A stretch of DNA of 32,000 nt from the NCBI RefSeq assembly GCF_000155895.1, contig NZ_DS995298.1:1170001-1202000 (forward strand), in the 5' to 3' direction. The notes under the pieces are model-generated. The model had not been told where the DNA came from and made no database searches. It was given only the letters and a program-made list of their open reading frames with translations. The stretch comes from Candidatus Pelagibacter sp. HTCC7211 (lineage in GTDB: Bacteria; Pseudomonadota; Alphaproteobacteria; Pelagibacterales; Pelagibacteraceae). Each line of letters begins with the position of its first letter. The first letter of the stretch is position 1. The position numbers and the translations under genes were made by a program. Positions 15,775 through 26,070 of the stretch are shown in pieces.

Positions 15775-16245
15775 ATGTTAAAATCTATTGAGGGAAATTT
15801 TGAACATCCTGAAGTTAATGAACTCTTAATTAAACACTTTATTGAACTAAGAGCTGCATCACCAGAGGGTAGTGCTCATGTTTTAGACATTCCTGGTTTA
15901 AAAGTTCCTTCTATCAAATTTTGGAGTTTATGGGAAAATCAAAAATTAATGGGATGTGGGGCCTTAAAATTTTTAGATAAAGGGCACGGTGAATTTAAAT
16001 CCATAAGAATACATGACGATTTTAGAAAAAAAGGTAACGGTATTAACGTAATTAATCATTTAATAACTGAAGCAGAAAAATTAAACATATCAAGATTAAG
16101 TATAGAAACTGGGGCTGGAGATTTTTTTATACCTGCTAGAAAACTATTTAAACAATGTGGATTCGAACCTTGTAAACCCTTTGCTCACTACAAAGAAGAT
16201 ATAAATTCTGTTTATTTAACTAAGTTAATTAACAACATTTCATAA
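15775..16245 (+). CDS. GNAT-family N-acetyltransferase
   Basis: 156 aa. A RKKGNG motif-A-like acetyl-CoA pyrophosphate loop sits in the expected position. The ATG directly abuts the purK stop (TAAATG). Confidence 0.7.
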   Translation: MLKSIEGNFEHPEVNELLIKHFIELRAASPEGSAHVLDIPGLKVPSIKFWSLWENQKLMGCGALKFLDKGHGEFKSIRIHDDFRKKGNGINVINHLITEAEKLNISRLSIETGAGDFFIPARKLFKQCGFEPCKPFAHYKEDINSVYLTKLINNIS

Positions 16246-16359
16246 AATTAAGTTTATTTATCTAATAATATGTTGACAAAACCCTAGAAAATCTAAACAA
16301 AGCCAGAATTACTTAATTTTAAGTAATAAATTAATACAACGAAAAGTAAGAAGATAAAT

Positions 16360-16566
16360 ATGAGTCTACAAGGAAAAGTAAAATGGTTCAATCCAACCAA
16401 AGGTTTTGGTTTTATTGAAAGAGAAGATAAAGAAAAAGATGTGTTTGTACATGTTTCAGCAGTAAGAGATGCTGGTATGAACGGTTTAGATGAGGGTCAA
16501 GCTTTGACTTTCGATGTTGAAGATGGTCCAAAAGGTCCTTCAGCAGTTAACTTAAAAACTGCATAA
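16360..16566 (+). CDS. Cold-shock domain protein (CspA family)
   Basis: [15 protein letters not shown] (RNP1) and DVFVHVS (RNP2). 68 aa. Confidence 0.95.
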   Translation: MSLQGKVKWFNPTKGFGFIEREDKEKDVFVHVSAVRDAGMNGLDEGQALTFDVEDGPKGPSAVNLKTA

Positions 16567-16578
16567 TTTCACACTTCC

Positions 16579-16635
16579 TATTGGCTGAAATATAAAATTA
16601 TTATCTATTAAATTAGATATTTATTTCAGCCAATA
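16579..16635 (+). terminator. Long AT-rich stem-loop 3' of csp (possible terminator or mRNA-stabilising element)
   Basis: Perfect 14-bp inverted repeat: TATTGGCTGAAATA (16579-16592) and TATTTCAGCCAATA (16622-16635). It encloses a nested palindrome, ATCTA-TTAAAT-TAGAT. There is no clear U-tract. Confidence 0.45.
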
Positions 16636-16684
16636 CATAAAAATAATTTTAACACAATTCCCAATTACAATTATTAATAGTACA

Positions 16685-17047
16685 ATGTGTATTATTAATA
16701 TGAGCAAAAGATTTATAAATAATTTAAATAACTTAGATTTTAAACCATTTGATAATTACGGTGAACCAGTCAAAGGTATGAGTTGGCATAAAATTAGTTA
16801 TGATAAAAAAAATGGTGGATTTGGAACTTACATTTTAAAAATGGAACCTGGTGCAAGAAGTTTGCCACATCAGCATCAAGGATTTGAGGAATTTTATATG
16901 ATAGATGGAGAATTAGAGGATGCTGACGGTAAAATTTTTAAGAAAGGTGATTTTGTAACTTTTGAACCTGGATCTACTCATAATTCGTTTACTAAAAATG
17001 GTTGCCTACTTATAGTTTTTATGAGAGGTATAAATAAACCAATCTAA
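16685..17047 (+). CDS. Metal-binding cupin (ChrR-C-terminal / Cupin_7-like)
   Basis: PHQHQGFEEFYMIDG fits cupin motif 1, HxH(x3)E(x6)G. EPGSTHNSF supplies the motif-2 His. The start may instead be the ATG at 16700. Confidence 0.7.
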   Translation: MCIINMSKRFINNLNNLDFKPFDNYGEPVKGMSWHKISYDKKNGGFGTYILKMEPGARSLPHQHQGFEEFYMIDGELEDADGKIFKKGDFVTFEPGSTHNSFTKNGCLLIVFMRGINKPI

Positions 17048-17067
17048 TAATAAATTACAAAATAGAT

Positions 17068-17814
17068 ATGATCGGAATTTTAGGTGGAATGGGTACTCAA
17101 GCAGGTCTTGATTTTTGCAATAAACTAGCGATTTTAAATAGAGGAAAGATAGATCAAGAATACCCATTATTTCTGCTTTACAATAAATCAAACATTCCAG
17201 GAAGACCAGAGTCTATTGGCATTCAAACTAGAAGTTTATCAAATAAATCTACAAACAAAGTCAGTAAAATTAAATACAATAAAGTTTTAAAAAGTTTACT
17301 TCGTGGATGTAAACTTTTAGAAAAAAATAAATGTAAATTTATTGTTATACCTTGTAACACAGCACATTATTGGTTTGATGATTTGCAAAAAAAAGTAAAT
17401 ATCTCAATTATTAATATGCCTAAAGAGGTTTTCAAATTCACAAAACAGAATTGTAAAAAAAATTCTAAAATTGGGCTATTGGCAACTGAAGGAACTTTAA
17501 ATACTGGTGTGTACCATAATTTTTTTAATAAAAATTATGATTTAGTCCAACCTTCACAAACACTTCAAAAAAAATCAGTAAATAAAGCAATTAAACTTGT
17601 TAAGATGGGGAACGTAAAAGCTGCAGCAAAAGCTATAAAACCAGCAATAAATTCTCTTTTAAAGATGAAATGTAAAAAGATAATATTAGGATGCACTGAA
17701 CTTCCAATTGCAATTTTTGCATTTAAATCTTTTGAAAATGTAAAATCTTCTAAAATCTTTTTAGATCCAAATTTGATCCTTGCAAATTCTGCGATGCATA
17801 AACATAGTAGATAA
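17068..17814 (+). CDS. Asp/Glu/hydantoin racemase family protein (aspartate racemase-like)
   Basis: GILGGMG N-terminus. Both catalytic cysteine motifs are present: IPCNTAHYW and LGCTELP. Confidence 0.8.
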   Translation: MIGILGGMGTQAGLDFCNKLAILNRGKIDQEYPLFLLYNKSNIPGRPESIGIQTRSLSNKSTNKVSKIKYNKVLKSLLRGCKLLEKNKCKFIVIPCNTAHYWFDDLQKKVNISIINMPKEVFKFTKQNCKKNSKIGLLATEGTLNTGVYHNFFNKNYDLVQPSQTLQKKSVNKAIKLVKMGNVKAAAKAIKPAINSLLKMKCKKIILGCTELPIAIFAFKSFENVKSSKIFLDPNLILANSAMHKHSR

Positions 17815-17817
17815 TTT

Positions 17818-18258
17818 ATGCAAAAAAATACTGATAAACCATACGTTCTAAGAGTTGCAGAAATGATATATTTAAAAATTGTAGATATTAAAAAACAAAA
17901 TTCTCAAATTAATAATATTCAAGCTTTTGAAATATTTATGACTACAAAAGATTTTGATTTCATTAGCTCTGGTGAATATCATGATCAATGGTTTGCAGAA
18001 TTAAAAGAGAATAATTTTATTGACAAAATTACTAAAAAAAAAATTAACGATGAAACAATTAAACTTTTAGAATTACAAAAAGATTCTATGGTTAAATTTT
18101 TAATGAAAATACCAAAATTATATTACACAAAAAGTCACTTCCCATTAGAAATTTCACAAAGAGCTTTTGATCATCTATGGAGAGTTTGTGAAAGTTATGA
18201 AATGTGGTGTAAAGAAACCAAACAAGAAAAATTAATTACCTTAAATATCTTAGATTAA
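17818..18258 (+). CDS. Hypothetical 146-aa protein
   Basis: Intact ORF 3 nt after the racemase stop and 26 nt before the EamA gene. No motif recognised. Confidence 0.5.
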   Translation: MQKNTDKPYVLRVAEMIYLKIVDIKKQNSQINNIQAFEIFMTTKDFDFISSGEYHDQWFAELKENNFIDKITKKKINDETIKLLELQKDSMVKFLMKIPKLYYTKSHFPLEISQRAFDHLWRVCESYEMWCKETKQEKLITLNILD

Positions 18259-18284
18259 TTTGATAAGATTTATTTAATTTTAAA

Positions 18285-19133
18285 ATGGTTAGAATTTTTC
18301 CATTCATATTTATATTGTTGTGGTCATCAGCATTTATTACTACTAAGCCAATAATTGATAATAGTGATCCATTTTCAGCTCTAGCTTTTAGATTTTCAAT
18401 GGTAGCAATCGGTTTTTTCTTATTTTCAGTCTACACAAAACAAAAATTATTAGTTAACAAAAAAAATTTTATTGAGTCATTTTTTAGTGGAGTTCTTTTT
18501 CATGGCCTTTACTTAGGTGGAGTTTTTTATTCAATTTCAAAAGGAATGCCGACAGGAATTGCTGCATTGATAGTCACACTTCAACCAATCCTTACCAACG
18601 CATTAAGTGGACCAATTTTAAATGAAAAAGTAACAATGAAACAATGGGTTGGAGTTTTATTAGGATTTATAGGAGCAATTTTGGTTTTAGGTTTGGATAT
18701 AGGGTCAAAGATTCCAATAACTGGTTTAGTTGCTACTATCATAGCTTTATTAGCAATTACTTCTTCAACAATTTGGCAAAAAAAGATTAGTAATAACTTA
18801 CCTCTTTCAGTAAGCAATATGTATCAAGCTATAGGTGGTTTTTCCTTTCATCTATTAGTAGTGATATTTTTTGCAAAACCATATATCGATTTTTCACAAA
18901 CTTTTATAATTGCAATGAGCCATCAGATATTTCTGGTATCATTTGGTGCTTTTACTATTTTGATGTATCTAATTAAAAATAATTCAGCAAGCAAAACAGT
19001 TTCTATATTTTTCTTAATTCCAGCCACATCTGCCTTTATGGCTTGGTTATTTTTAAATGAAAATTTAACTAATTTAGATCTACTAGGTTTTTTAATAACG
19101 ACAATTGGAGTTTATATTGCGACCAGAGATTAA
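18285..19133 (+). CDS. EamA/DMT-superfamily transporter
   Basis: 282 aa with about 10 hydrophobic helices in the two-repeat arrangement typical of EamA/RhaT permeases. Confidence 0.8.
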   Translation: MVRIFPFIFILLWSSAFITTKPIIDNSDPFSALAFRFSMVAIGFFLFSVYTKQKLLVNKKNFIESFFSGVLFHGLYLGGVFYSISKGMPTGIAALIVTLQPILTNALSGPILNEKVTMKQWVGVLLGFIGAILVLGLDIGSKIPITGLVATIIALLAITSSTIWQKKISNNLPLSVSNMYQAIGGFSFHLLVVIFFAKPYIDFSQTFIIAMSHQIFLVSFGAFTILMYLIKNNSASKTVSIFFLIPATSAFMAWLFLNENLTNLDLLGFLITTIGVYIATRD

Positions 19134-19146
19134 AATATTTTATTAC

Positions 19147-19734
19147 TTATAAAGATTTATAGCCAAATTCCAAAGAAGCATCTGTGATAGAATGATAAAA
19201 AGACTCTCCAAAACTTCGAAATGTAAATAATCTTAACTTATTAGGTTTATCATCTAACATATCAACCGTAAATGCTATTCCGTTATAGGTAGAGTTTATT
19301 GAATTATTTTTTTCTAAAGTATTAAAATTAAAAGGACATCCTTTCTTTAAAACTTCTATGGCTTCTTCTCCTTCTAATTCAATTATAGCTCTTGAATGGG
19401 ATAAATCTGTTATAGCAAAATCAGTGTCTTTAAATGTCTCTAGAACTATTTTTAGTAAATCTTTTTTAGTAGATATTAAAAACCAATTTTTTGGGCCATT
19501 CCATAAAATTCTTGTTTCGCTGTTATTTGTTACATTTAATGGTTCATTTTTAAAATTCAAACCATCAACATTAATGCTTTCAACAGAAATTGAAGAATTT
19601 TTATACTGAACTATTTGAACAATTAATAAATCTTTTATCTCCGATATTTGTAAAAGTTCGTTATCATTTTTATTTTCATGGTCTCCAAACTGACCAACTG
19701 AATGAACATTTGCTAAAGCTGATATCGTGCTCAT
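19147..19734 (-). CDS. soxG: Heterotetrameric sarcosine oxidase gamma subunit (or the N-methylglutamate dehydrogenase equivalent)
   Basis: The size (195 aa) and blocks [28 protein letters not shown] and [10 protein letters not shown] match SoxG. It overlaps soxA by ATGA. Confidence 0.8.
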   Translation of the reverse strand: MSTISALANVHSVGQFGDHENKNDNELLQISEIKDLLIVQIVQYKNSSISVESINVDGLNFKNEPLNVTNNSETRILWNGPKNWFLISTKKDLLKIVLETFKDTDFAITDLSHSRAIIELEGEEAIEVLKKGCPFNFNTLEKNNSINSTYNGIAFTVDMLDDKPNKLRLFTFRSFGESFYHSITDASLEFGYKSL

Positions 19735-22727
19735 GATCTTACTCTCTCCCCTTTTGGATCAACATAATGCGAAGACACTATTTCAACTGGTATTATTTTA
19801 TTTTTAAGTGGAGACATGACATACAGTTTTTCCCCAATCATATTTTTTCCATTTTTAAGAATAGCTAGTGAAAATGGATTATCATATTCAACACTCCAGC
19901 ATGATGCTGAAATATAACCTAATTTAGGATTTGGCAGTGGTGCTTTAGAATCTTTAACTAAATGAGATCCTTCTGGAATACTCGTTTTTTTATCTAGAGG
20001 AACAACGCCTACAACTTTTTGTCTATCTTCTGCTGTAAATGCTTCTCTTGTTAAAGATCTTTTGCCTATAAAATCTTTCTTTTTGCTTAATAATCCTTCA
20101 AGAGAATTATCATAAGGTATTGTTCTTCCGTCAAGTTCTGAACCAGCAACGTGTCCCATTTCAATTCTTAATGTAGATAACGCTTCTGTTCCATAAGGTT
20201 GAATTTTAAATTCTTCCCCAATTTCCATAATTTTTTCCCACATAAAGTTTCCATAATCAGACTCAACGTTCACTTCATATGCGAGTTCACCAGAAAATGA
20301 AATTCTAAAAATTCTAGCTTTTACTCCAAATAAGTCTCCTTCCATGTAACCCATAAAAGGTAATCCTTCATTGGATACATCTGAATTAGGAAATAAATTC
20401 TGTAATAAATCTCTAGATTTAGGTCCAGCAATTGCAGCACCAGCCCACTGTTCTGTGCTTGAAACTACATTCACATTTAAATCTGGCCATACTAGTTGTA
20501 AATAATATTCTAAGTGAGAAAGTACATTTGCTGCTTGAGCAGTAGTAGTTGTCATATGGTAATGATTTTCTGAAATCCTTGTAGTCGTACCATCATCCAT
20601 AACAATTCCATCCTCTCTTAACATAACGCCGTATCTTGCCTTACCTACTGGCAATTTTAACCACGCATTTGTATAAACTCTATTCAGCAACTCTGCTGCA
20701 TCTGGTCCTTTGATATCTATTTTACCTAGCGTGGTTACATCACAAACTCCCACATTTGTTCTTACATTTTTAGCTTCTCTTTTAGATCCTTCAAATAAAG
20801 TTTCATTTCCTTGTTTATAATATCTAGGTCTTAACCACACACCTGCATCAACAAAAACAGCATTATTTTTTTCATGCCAATAGTGCATTGGTGACTTTCT
20901 GGTTGGCTTAGTGTGTTTTCCAACTTCTCTTCCAACAATTGCTCCAATAGAAACGGGTGTATATGGAGGTCTAAAAGTTGTGTGTCCAACTGCTGGAACA
21001 ACTTTATTCTCTATCTTAGACACTAATTGTAAACCATTAAGATTACTTGTTTTACCTTGGTCTGTTGCCATACCAAGGGTAGTGTATCTTTTGACGTGTT
21101 CAATTGATCGATACCCTTCTCTAAGAGCAATTTCTATATCTGAAACAGCAACATCATTTTGAAAATCTAAAAATCTTTTATAATTTTTTCCTTTTGGTAA
21201 AGGAACGCACCAAAATTTATCGTGAACTGTTGATTTCTTTTCAACCACATTTGGAAAAGATACTTTATTATCATTATTGGTAATTTTTTTTGACAACTCA
21301 TTTCCAGCTTCAAATGAACTTTTTAATGTTTCATCTAAAGTATAGATACCGTTAGCAGCACCTAATGTTTTTTCGTTTTGTTTAGATTCTCCTGGAATAA
21401 ATGCATCAATTTCTTCTTTAAATTGAGTTTTATTTCCTGATTGAGAGGCTAAATGAATAGTAGGAGTCCAAAAACCGGAAACACAAATGCAGTCACATTT
21501 AATATTTTCGATTGTGCCAAGCTGTTCTTTATCATCTGAAATTTTAGCAATATCAGCAGATTTAACTTTTTTATAGCCTTGTGCTGCAACTACAACATAA
21601 GAAAATTTAATATTTATTCCTAAGTTTTTTGCTTCATCTATAATTTCTGAATGGGGATCTTTTCTAGTATCTAAAATTATTGGATCTACACCATTTTTTT
21701 TAAATTCAATTGCAGTCTCATAACCACTGTCATTATTAGTAAAAACTAATGGTTTTTTTCCAACAAGTACTCCATAGACTTTAAGATATTCTTTTGCTGC
21801 TGATGAAAGCATAACACCCGGTGTATCATTGTTTCCAAATACTAATGGTCTTTCTATTGAACCTGAGGAGATTAAAACTTCTTTTGCTCTTATGTACCAA
21901 AGCCTTTGTTTAGGATGAAATTTTTTTGTTGATGGTAAGTGATCACTAATTCTCTCTGACATTACCAGCATATTATGATCATAATAACCAAATACTTGTG
22001 ATCTATTTTTTACAGTTACATTTGGCATTTCTTTTAACTCAGAAATAATTCCATCAGCCCACTCTTTACCTGTTTGATTTCCAATATTTACATCGCTAGT
22101 TAGCAAAGTTCCTCCAAATCTAGATTTATCTTCTGCTAAAATTACTCTTGCTCCATTTTTAGCAGCAGCATAAGCACTTGCTAATCCAGATGGTCCTGAT
22201 CCTGCAATTAATAAGTCACAATATTCATATTTGTGTTCGTATCTTTCCTTGTCATGTTTTGTAGATGCAACACCTAAACCTGCGGCTTTTCTGATAAACG
22301 GTTCGTAAACTTTATACCAAAAGCTTTTGGGCCACATAAATGTTTTGTAATAAAATCCTGCTGGTAGAAATATTTTTAAAAAATTATTTATTGCCCCAAC
22401 GTCAAAATTAACACTCGGCCAACAATTTACACTTTTAGCTTCAAGACCTTCAAAAAGCTCTTGTTCTGTTGCCTTAATATTTGGTTCAGTCTCACCATTT
22501 CTATATAATTGAACAATTGCATAAGGTTCATCAACTCCTGCTCCAAAAAATCCTCTTGGTCTATGATATTTAAAACTTCTACCAACTAAATGAACTCCAT
22601 TAGCTATTAACGCTGAAGCTAAAGTGTCTCCTTCATATCCATAATAAGTTACACTATTAAATTTAAATGAAAGTTTCCTGTCTCTATTAATAAGACCAAC
22701 ATCATTTAATCTAAAGCTTTGTGTCAT
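19731..22727 (-). CDS. soxA: Heterotetrameric sarcosine oxidase alpha subunit
   Basis: 998 aa. [20 protein letters not shown] fold. C-terminal GcvT-like THF-binding domain (FSGELAYEV). Confidence 0.88.
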   Translation of the reverse strand: MTQSFRLNDVGLINRDRKLSFKFNSVTYYGYEGDTLASALIANGVHLVGRSFKYHRPRGFFGAGVDEPYAIVQLYRNGETEPNIKATEQELFEGLEAKSVNCWPSVNFDVGAINNFLKIFLPAGFYYKTFMWPKSFWYKVYEPFIRKAAGLGVASTKHDKERYEHKYEYCDLLIAGSGPSGLASAYAAAKNGARVILAEDKSRFGGTLLTSDVNIGNQTGKEWADGIISELKEMPNVTVKNRSQVFGYYDHNMLVMSERISDHLPSTKKFHPKQRLWYIRAKEVLISSGSIERPLVFGNNDTPGVMLSSAAKEYLKVYGVLVGKKPLVFTNNDSGYETAIEFKKNGVDPIILDTRKDPHSEIIDEAKNLGINIKFSYVVVAAQGYKKVKSADIAKISDDKEQLGTIENIKCDCICVSGFWTPTIHLASQSGNKTQFKEEIDAFIPGESKQNEKTLGAANGIYTLDETLKSSFEAGNELSKKITNNDNKVSFPNVVEKKSTVHDKFWCVPLPKGKNYKRFLDFQNDVAVSDIEIALREGYRSIEHVKRYTTLGMATDQGKTSNLNGLQLVSKIENKVVPAVGHTTFRPPYTPVSIGAIVGREVGKHTKPTRKSPMHYWHEKNNAVFVDAGVWLRPRYYKQGNETLFEGSKREAKNVRTNVGVCDVTTLGKIDIKGPDAAELLNRVYTNAWLKLPVGKARYGVMLREDGIVMDDGTTTRISENHYHMTTTTAQAANVLSHLEYYLQLVWPDLNVNVVSSTEQWAGAAIAGPKSRDLLQNLFPNSDVSNEGLPFMGYMEGDLFGVKARIFRISFSGELAYEVNVESDYGNFMWEKIMEIGEEFKIQPYGTEALSTLRIEMGHVAGSELDGRTIPYDNSLEGLLSKKKDFIGKRSLTREAFTAEDRQKVVGVVPLDKKTSIPEGSHLVKDSKAPLPNPKLGYISASCWSVEYDNPFSLAILKNGKNMIGEKLYVMSPLKNKIIPVEIVSSHYVDPKGERVRS

Positions 22728-22996
22728 AAAGAAATTTCCTCATTAGCTTTTAATGTCCTAAAAATTTCATGAGTGGCTGTATCTCTTTCAACTTTTATCC
22801 ACTGTCTGCATCCTGATATATGTTGCCATAATTCCCAATGTTTTCCTCTCAAGCTTTTTCTATTATAAACAAAGTTATCCCAGTCTTGATCTGATATTTC
22901 TTTATTTAAATCCGGTCTTTTTACACTTGCATCACCTCCATAAGAAAACTCATTTTGTGATCTCATTCCGCAATGTGGGCACTTAATATAAAGCAT
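22724..22996 (-). CDS. soxD: Heterotetrameric sarcosine oxidase delta subunit
   Basis: 90 aa. N-terminal CPHCG motif plus downstream Cys/His, typical of the SoxD zinc site. Located between the soxB and soxA homologs. Confidence 0.85.
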   Translation of the reverse strand: MLYIKCPHCGMRSQNEFSYGGDASVKRPDLNKEISDQDWDNFVYNRKSLRGKHWELWQHISGCRQWIKVERDTATHEIFRTLKANEEISL

Positions 22997-24253
22997 TTAT
23001 GAAATCCAAGTTTTTGTGCCAAGACCTTTTTCATCCAATAGATGACCTGTATTAAATCGATTAAGGCTATAACCAGAATTTAATTCATGAACTCTATCTT
23101 GCGCAATAGTATGTGCAAATGTCCAACCTGATGCTGGAGTAGCTTTAAAACCACCATAACACCAACCACAATTTAAATATAATCCTTCAATATGAGTTTT
23201 ATCAATGATTGGTGAACCATCCATTGACATATCCATAATTCCACCCCAAGTTCTAAGCATTTTTAATTTGCTTAAAAAAGGCATCATCGCAATTCCTTCT
23301 GTTAGTACATGTTGCAAGGTCGGTAAATTTCCTCTTTGAGCATAACTATTATAACCATCCAAATCACCACCCATTACCATTTCACCTTTATCTGATTGAC
23401 TTATATAAAAATGCCCTGCACCAAATGTAACAACACCATCTAAAACTGGTTTTACTGGTTCTGAAACACACGCTTGTAAAAGATGTGTTTCAATTGGTAA
23501 TGTCATATTTAATTTTTCAGCTAAAATATTAGTGCTACCAGCAACACATAAACCAATTTTTTTTGCTTTGATATCACCTCGAGATGTTCTAACTCCATTT
23601 ATTTTTCCACCCGACACATCAAAACCAATTACTTCACAATTTTGAATAATATCAACTCCCATTGAATCTGCTTGTCGAGCATATCCCCATGCAACAGCAT
23701 CGTGTCTTGCTGTTCCTGCGCTTGGTTGCATTAATCCACCAAAGATTGGGAAGCGAACGTTTTCTGAAAAGTCTGCCATTGGAATAATTTCTCTCACCTG
23801 TTCTCTATTTAGTAGAACTGCATCAATGCCATTTAATCTCATAGAATTACCTCTTCTTGCATAAACATTCATTTGAGCATCTGAATGTGCAAGATTGATA
23901 ATTCCTCTTGGTGAAAACATTACATTGTAATTTAAATCCTGACTCATCTTTCGCCATAGATCCATTCCAAACTCACTAAACAATGCATTATCGTCGTGCA
24001 TATAGTTTGATCTTATAATGGTAGTATTTCTTCCTACATTTCCACCGCCAATCCAACCTTTTTCTATAATTGCTACATTTGTGATATTATGTTCCTTAGC
24101 TAGATAATACGCTGTAGCTAAACCATGGCCTCCACCACCAATAATAACGACATCATACTCTTTTTTTGGAGTTGGATCTTTCCAAGCTAAATCCCAATTT
24201 TGATGATTAGAGAATGCATTTTTAACCAAATTAAAAATAGAATATTTTTGCAT
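22997..24253 (-). CDS. soxB: Heterotetrameric sarcosine oxidase beta subunit (FAD/FMN)
   Basis: VVIIGGGGHGLATAYYLA dinucleotide fold. 418 aa. First gene of the B-D-A-G order. Confidence 0.88.
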   Translation of the reverse strand: MQKYSIFNLVKNAFSNHQNWDLAWKDPTPKKEYDVVIIGGGGHGLATAYYLAKEHNITNVAIIEKGWIGGGNVGRNTTIIRSNYMHDDNALFSEFGMDLWRKMSQDLNYNVMFSPRGIINLAHSDAQMNVYARRGNSMRLNGIDAVLLNREQVREIIPMADFSENVRFPIFGGLMQPSAGTARHDAVAWGYARQADSMGVDIIQNCEVIGFDVSGGKINGVRTSRGDIKAKKIGLCVAGSTNILAEKLNMTLPIETHLLQACVSEPVKPVLDGVVTFGAGHFYISQSDKGEMVMGGDLDGYNSYAQRGNLPTLQHVLTEGIAMMPFLSKLKMLRTWGGIMDMSMDGSPIIDKTHIEGLYLNCGWCYGGFKATPASGWTFAHTIAQDRVHELNSGYSLNRFNTGHLLDEKGLGTKTWIS

Positions 24254-24380
24254 AACTGAATTTTATATAAAAGAATATAAATAGTTCTTATTTTTTTTAT
24301 ATATAATTTTTAGAAGTTTCCAAAGATGTTAAAAAAGGATAAGAATCCTCAAGAAAAATTTATAACGCATAGGATTTAAA

Positions 24381-26066
24381 ATGAGCGATGTGAAGTCAGA
24401 TATTCAAATAGCAAGAGAAGCTAAAATGCAACCAATTAAAGACATTTTGGCTAAGATTAATGTGCCAGACCAAAGTGAAACATTCAGTCCTATGGGTCGA
24501 CATATCGCAAAAATTAATTTGGAATACCTAGATACTTTAAAAAATAAACCAGATGGTAAATTAATTTTAGTCACTGCAATTACACCTACTCCTGCTGGAG
24601 AAGGTAAAACTACCACATCAGTTGGATTAAGCGACGGTCTTAATAAAATTGGCAAAAAGTCAATTGTTTGTTTAAGAGAACCAAGTCTTGGTCCATCTTT
24701 TGGAATGAAAGGTGGTGCAGCTGGTGGTGGTTATGCTCAAGTTGTTCCAATGGAACAAATCAATTTACATTTTACAGGTGACTTTCATGCAATTACTTCG
24801 GCGCATAATTTACTTTCAGCTCTCATAGATAATCATATCTATTGGGGTAATAAACTTAACATAGATATTAGAAGAGTTGTCTGGAAAAGAGTTATGGATA
24901 TGAATGATAGATCATTAAGATCTATTGTTGTTGATTTAGGTGGTGTTGCAAATGGTTACCCTAGACAAGATGGTTTTGACATAACTGTTGCCTCAGAAAT
25001 TATGGCTATATTTTGCTTAGCTACAGATTTACAAGATTTAGAAAAAAGAATCGGAAATATTACAATTGCATACACTAGAGATAAAAAAGCTATTTATGCA
25101 AAAGATTTAAATGCTCAAGGTCCAATGACCGTGCTTTTAAAAGAAGCGATTAGGCCGAATGTCACGCAAACTTTAGAAAACAATCCAGCTATTATTCATG
25201 GTGGACCATTTGCTAATATAGCTCATGGATGCAACTCAGTTATAGCAACGAAAGCTGGTTTAAAATTATCAGATTATGTTGTAACTGAAGCAGGTTTTGG
25301 TGCTGATCTTGGTGCAGAAAAGTTTTTGGATATAAAATGTAGAAAATCTGGAATTAAACCAGATTGTGTAGTTATTGTTGCAACTATAAGAGCACTTAAA
25401 ATGCATGGAGGAGTTGCAAAAGATGATTTAAAAAAAGAAGATGTAGAAGCATTAAAAAAAGGATTAATTAATTTAGAAAGACACATTAATAATACAAGAA
25501 AATTTGGACTCCCAGTTACCATTGCTGTAAATCATTTTATTACTGATACAGATAATGAAATGAATGCACTGCTTGATTTTTGTAAAACTCAAGGAGTAAA
25601 AGCTTCAAAATGTACACACTGGTCTAACGGTGGAGAAGGAACAAAAGAACTAGCAAATAATGTAGCCGAAATCTGTGAGGAAAATAAAAATACTTTTAAA
25701 TACTTATATGAAGACAAATTATCATTGTTTAAAAAAATAGAAAAAATCGCTCAAGAAATTTATCACGCAAGTGATGTAGTTGCTGATACTAAAGTTAGAC
25801 AACAATTAAAAGATTTTGAAGAGAAAGGTTATGGCAACCTTCCAGTATGTATTGCTAAAACTCAATACAGCTTTTCAACAGATCCAAATTTAAAAGGAGC
25901 GCCAACTGGTCATGTTTTGCCAGTTAGAGAAGTAAGATTATCATCTGGTGCTGAATTTATTGTTGTTGTCTGTGGAGAAATAATGACAATGCCAGGGTTA
26001 CCAAGAGTACCAGCGGCAGATTCAATTAAGTTAAATAAAGATGGAGAGATAGAAGGTTTATTTTAA
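24381..26066 (+). CDS. fhs: Formate-tetrahydrofolate ligase (10-formyl-THF synthetase)
   Basis: [16 protein letters not shown]-loop signature. 561 aa, with full-length similarity to FTHFS as I remember it. Confidence 0.95.
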   Translation: MSDVKSDIQIAREAKMQPIKDILAKINVPDQSETFSPMGRHIAKINLEYLDTLKNKPDGKLILVTAITPTPAGEGKTTTSVGLSDGLNKIGKKSIVCLREPSLGPSFGMKGGAAGGGYAQVVPMEQINLHFTGDFHAITSAHNLLSALIDNHIYWGNKLNIDIRRVVWKRVMDMNDRSLRSIVVDLGGVANGYPRQDGFDITVASEIMAIFCLATDLQDLEKRIGNITIAYTRDKKAIYAKDLNAQGPMTVLLKEAIRPNVTQTLENNPAIIHGGPFANIAHGCNSVIATKAGLKLSDYVVTEAGFGADLGAEKFLDIKCRKSGIKPDCVVIVATIRALKMHGGVAKDDLKKEDVEALKKGLINLERHINNTRKFGLPVTIAVNHFITDTDNEMNALLDFCKTQGVKASKCTHWSNGGEGTKELANNVAEICEENKNTFKYLYEDKLSLFKKIEKIAQEIYHASDVVADTKVRQQLKDFEEKGYGNLPVCIAKTQYSFSTDPNLKGAPTGHVLPVREVRLSSGAEFIVVVCGEIMTMPGLPRVPAADSIKLNKDGEIEGLF

Positions 26067-26070
26067 AAAA

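Noticed and set aside
16685-17047. The cupin as the SAR11 DMSP lyase DddK.
   Set aside because: The sequence does not resemble DddK as I remember it. Its motif spacing fits the ChrR-C/Cupin_7 pattern instead. DMSP lyase activity remains only a remote possibility.
17006-17191. Minus-strand 61-aa ORF spanning the cupin/racemase junction.
   Set aside because: Antisense to two supported genes, with a low-complexity product.
18581-21162. Antisense track ORFs 18581-18817, 19358-19609 and 20911-21162.
   Set aside because: Each lies opposite a well-supported gene (EamA, soxG, soxA) and has no recognisable features.
24404-25522. Minus-strand ORFs 24404-24655 and 25274-25522 inside fhs.
   Set aside because: Antisense to the highly conserved formate-THF ligase gene.
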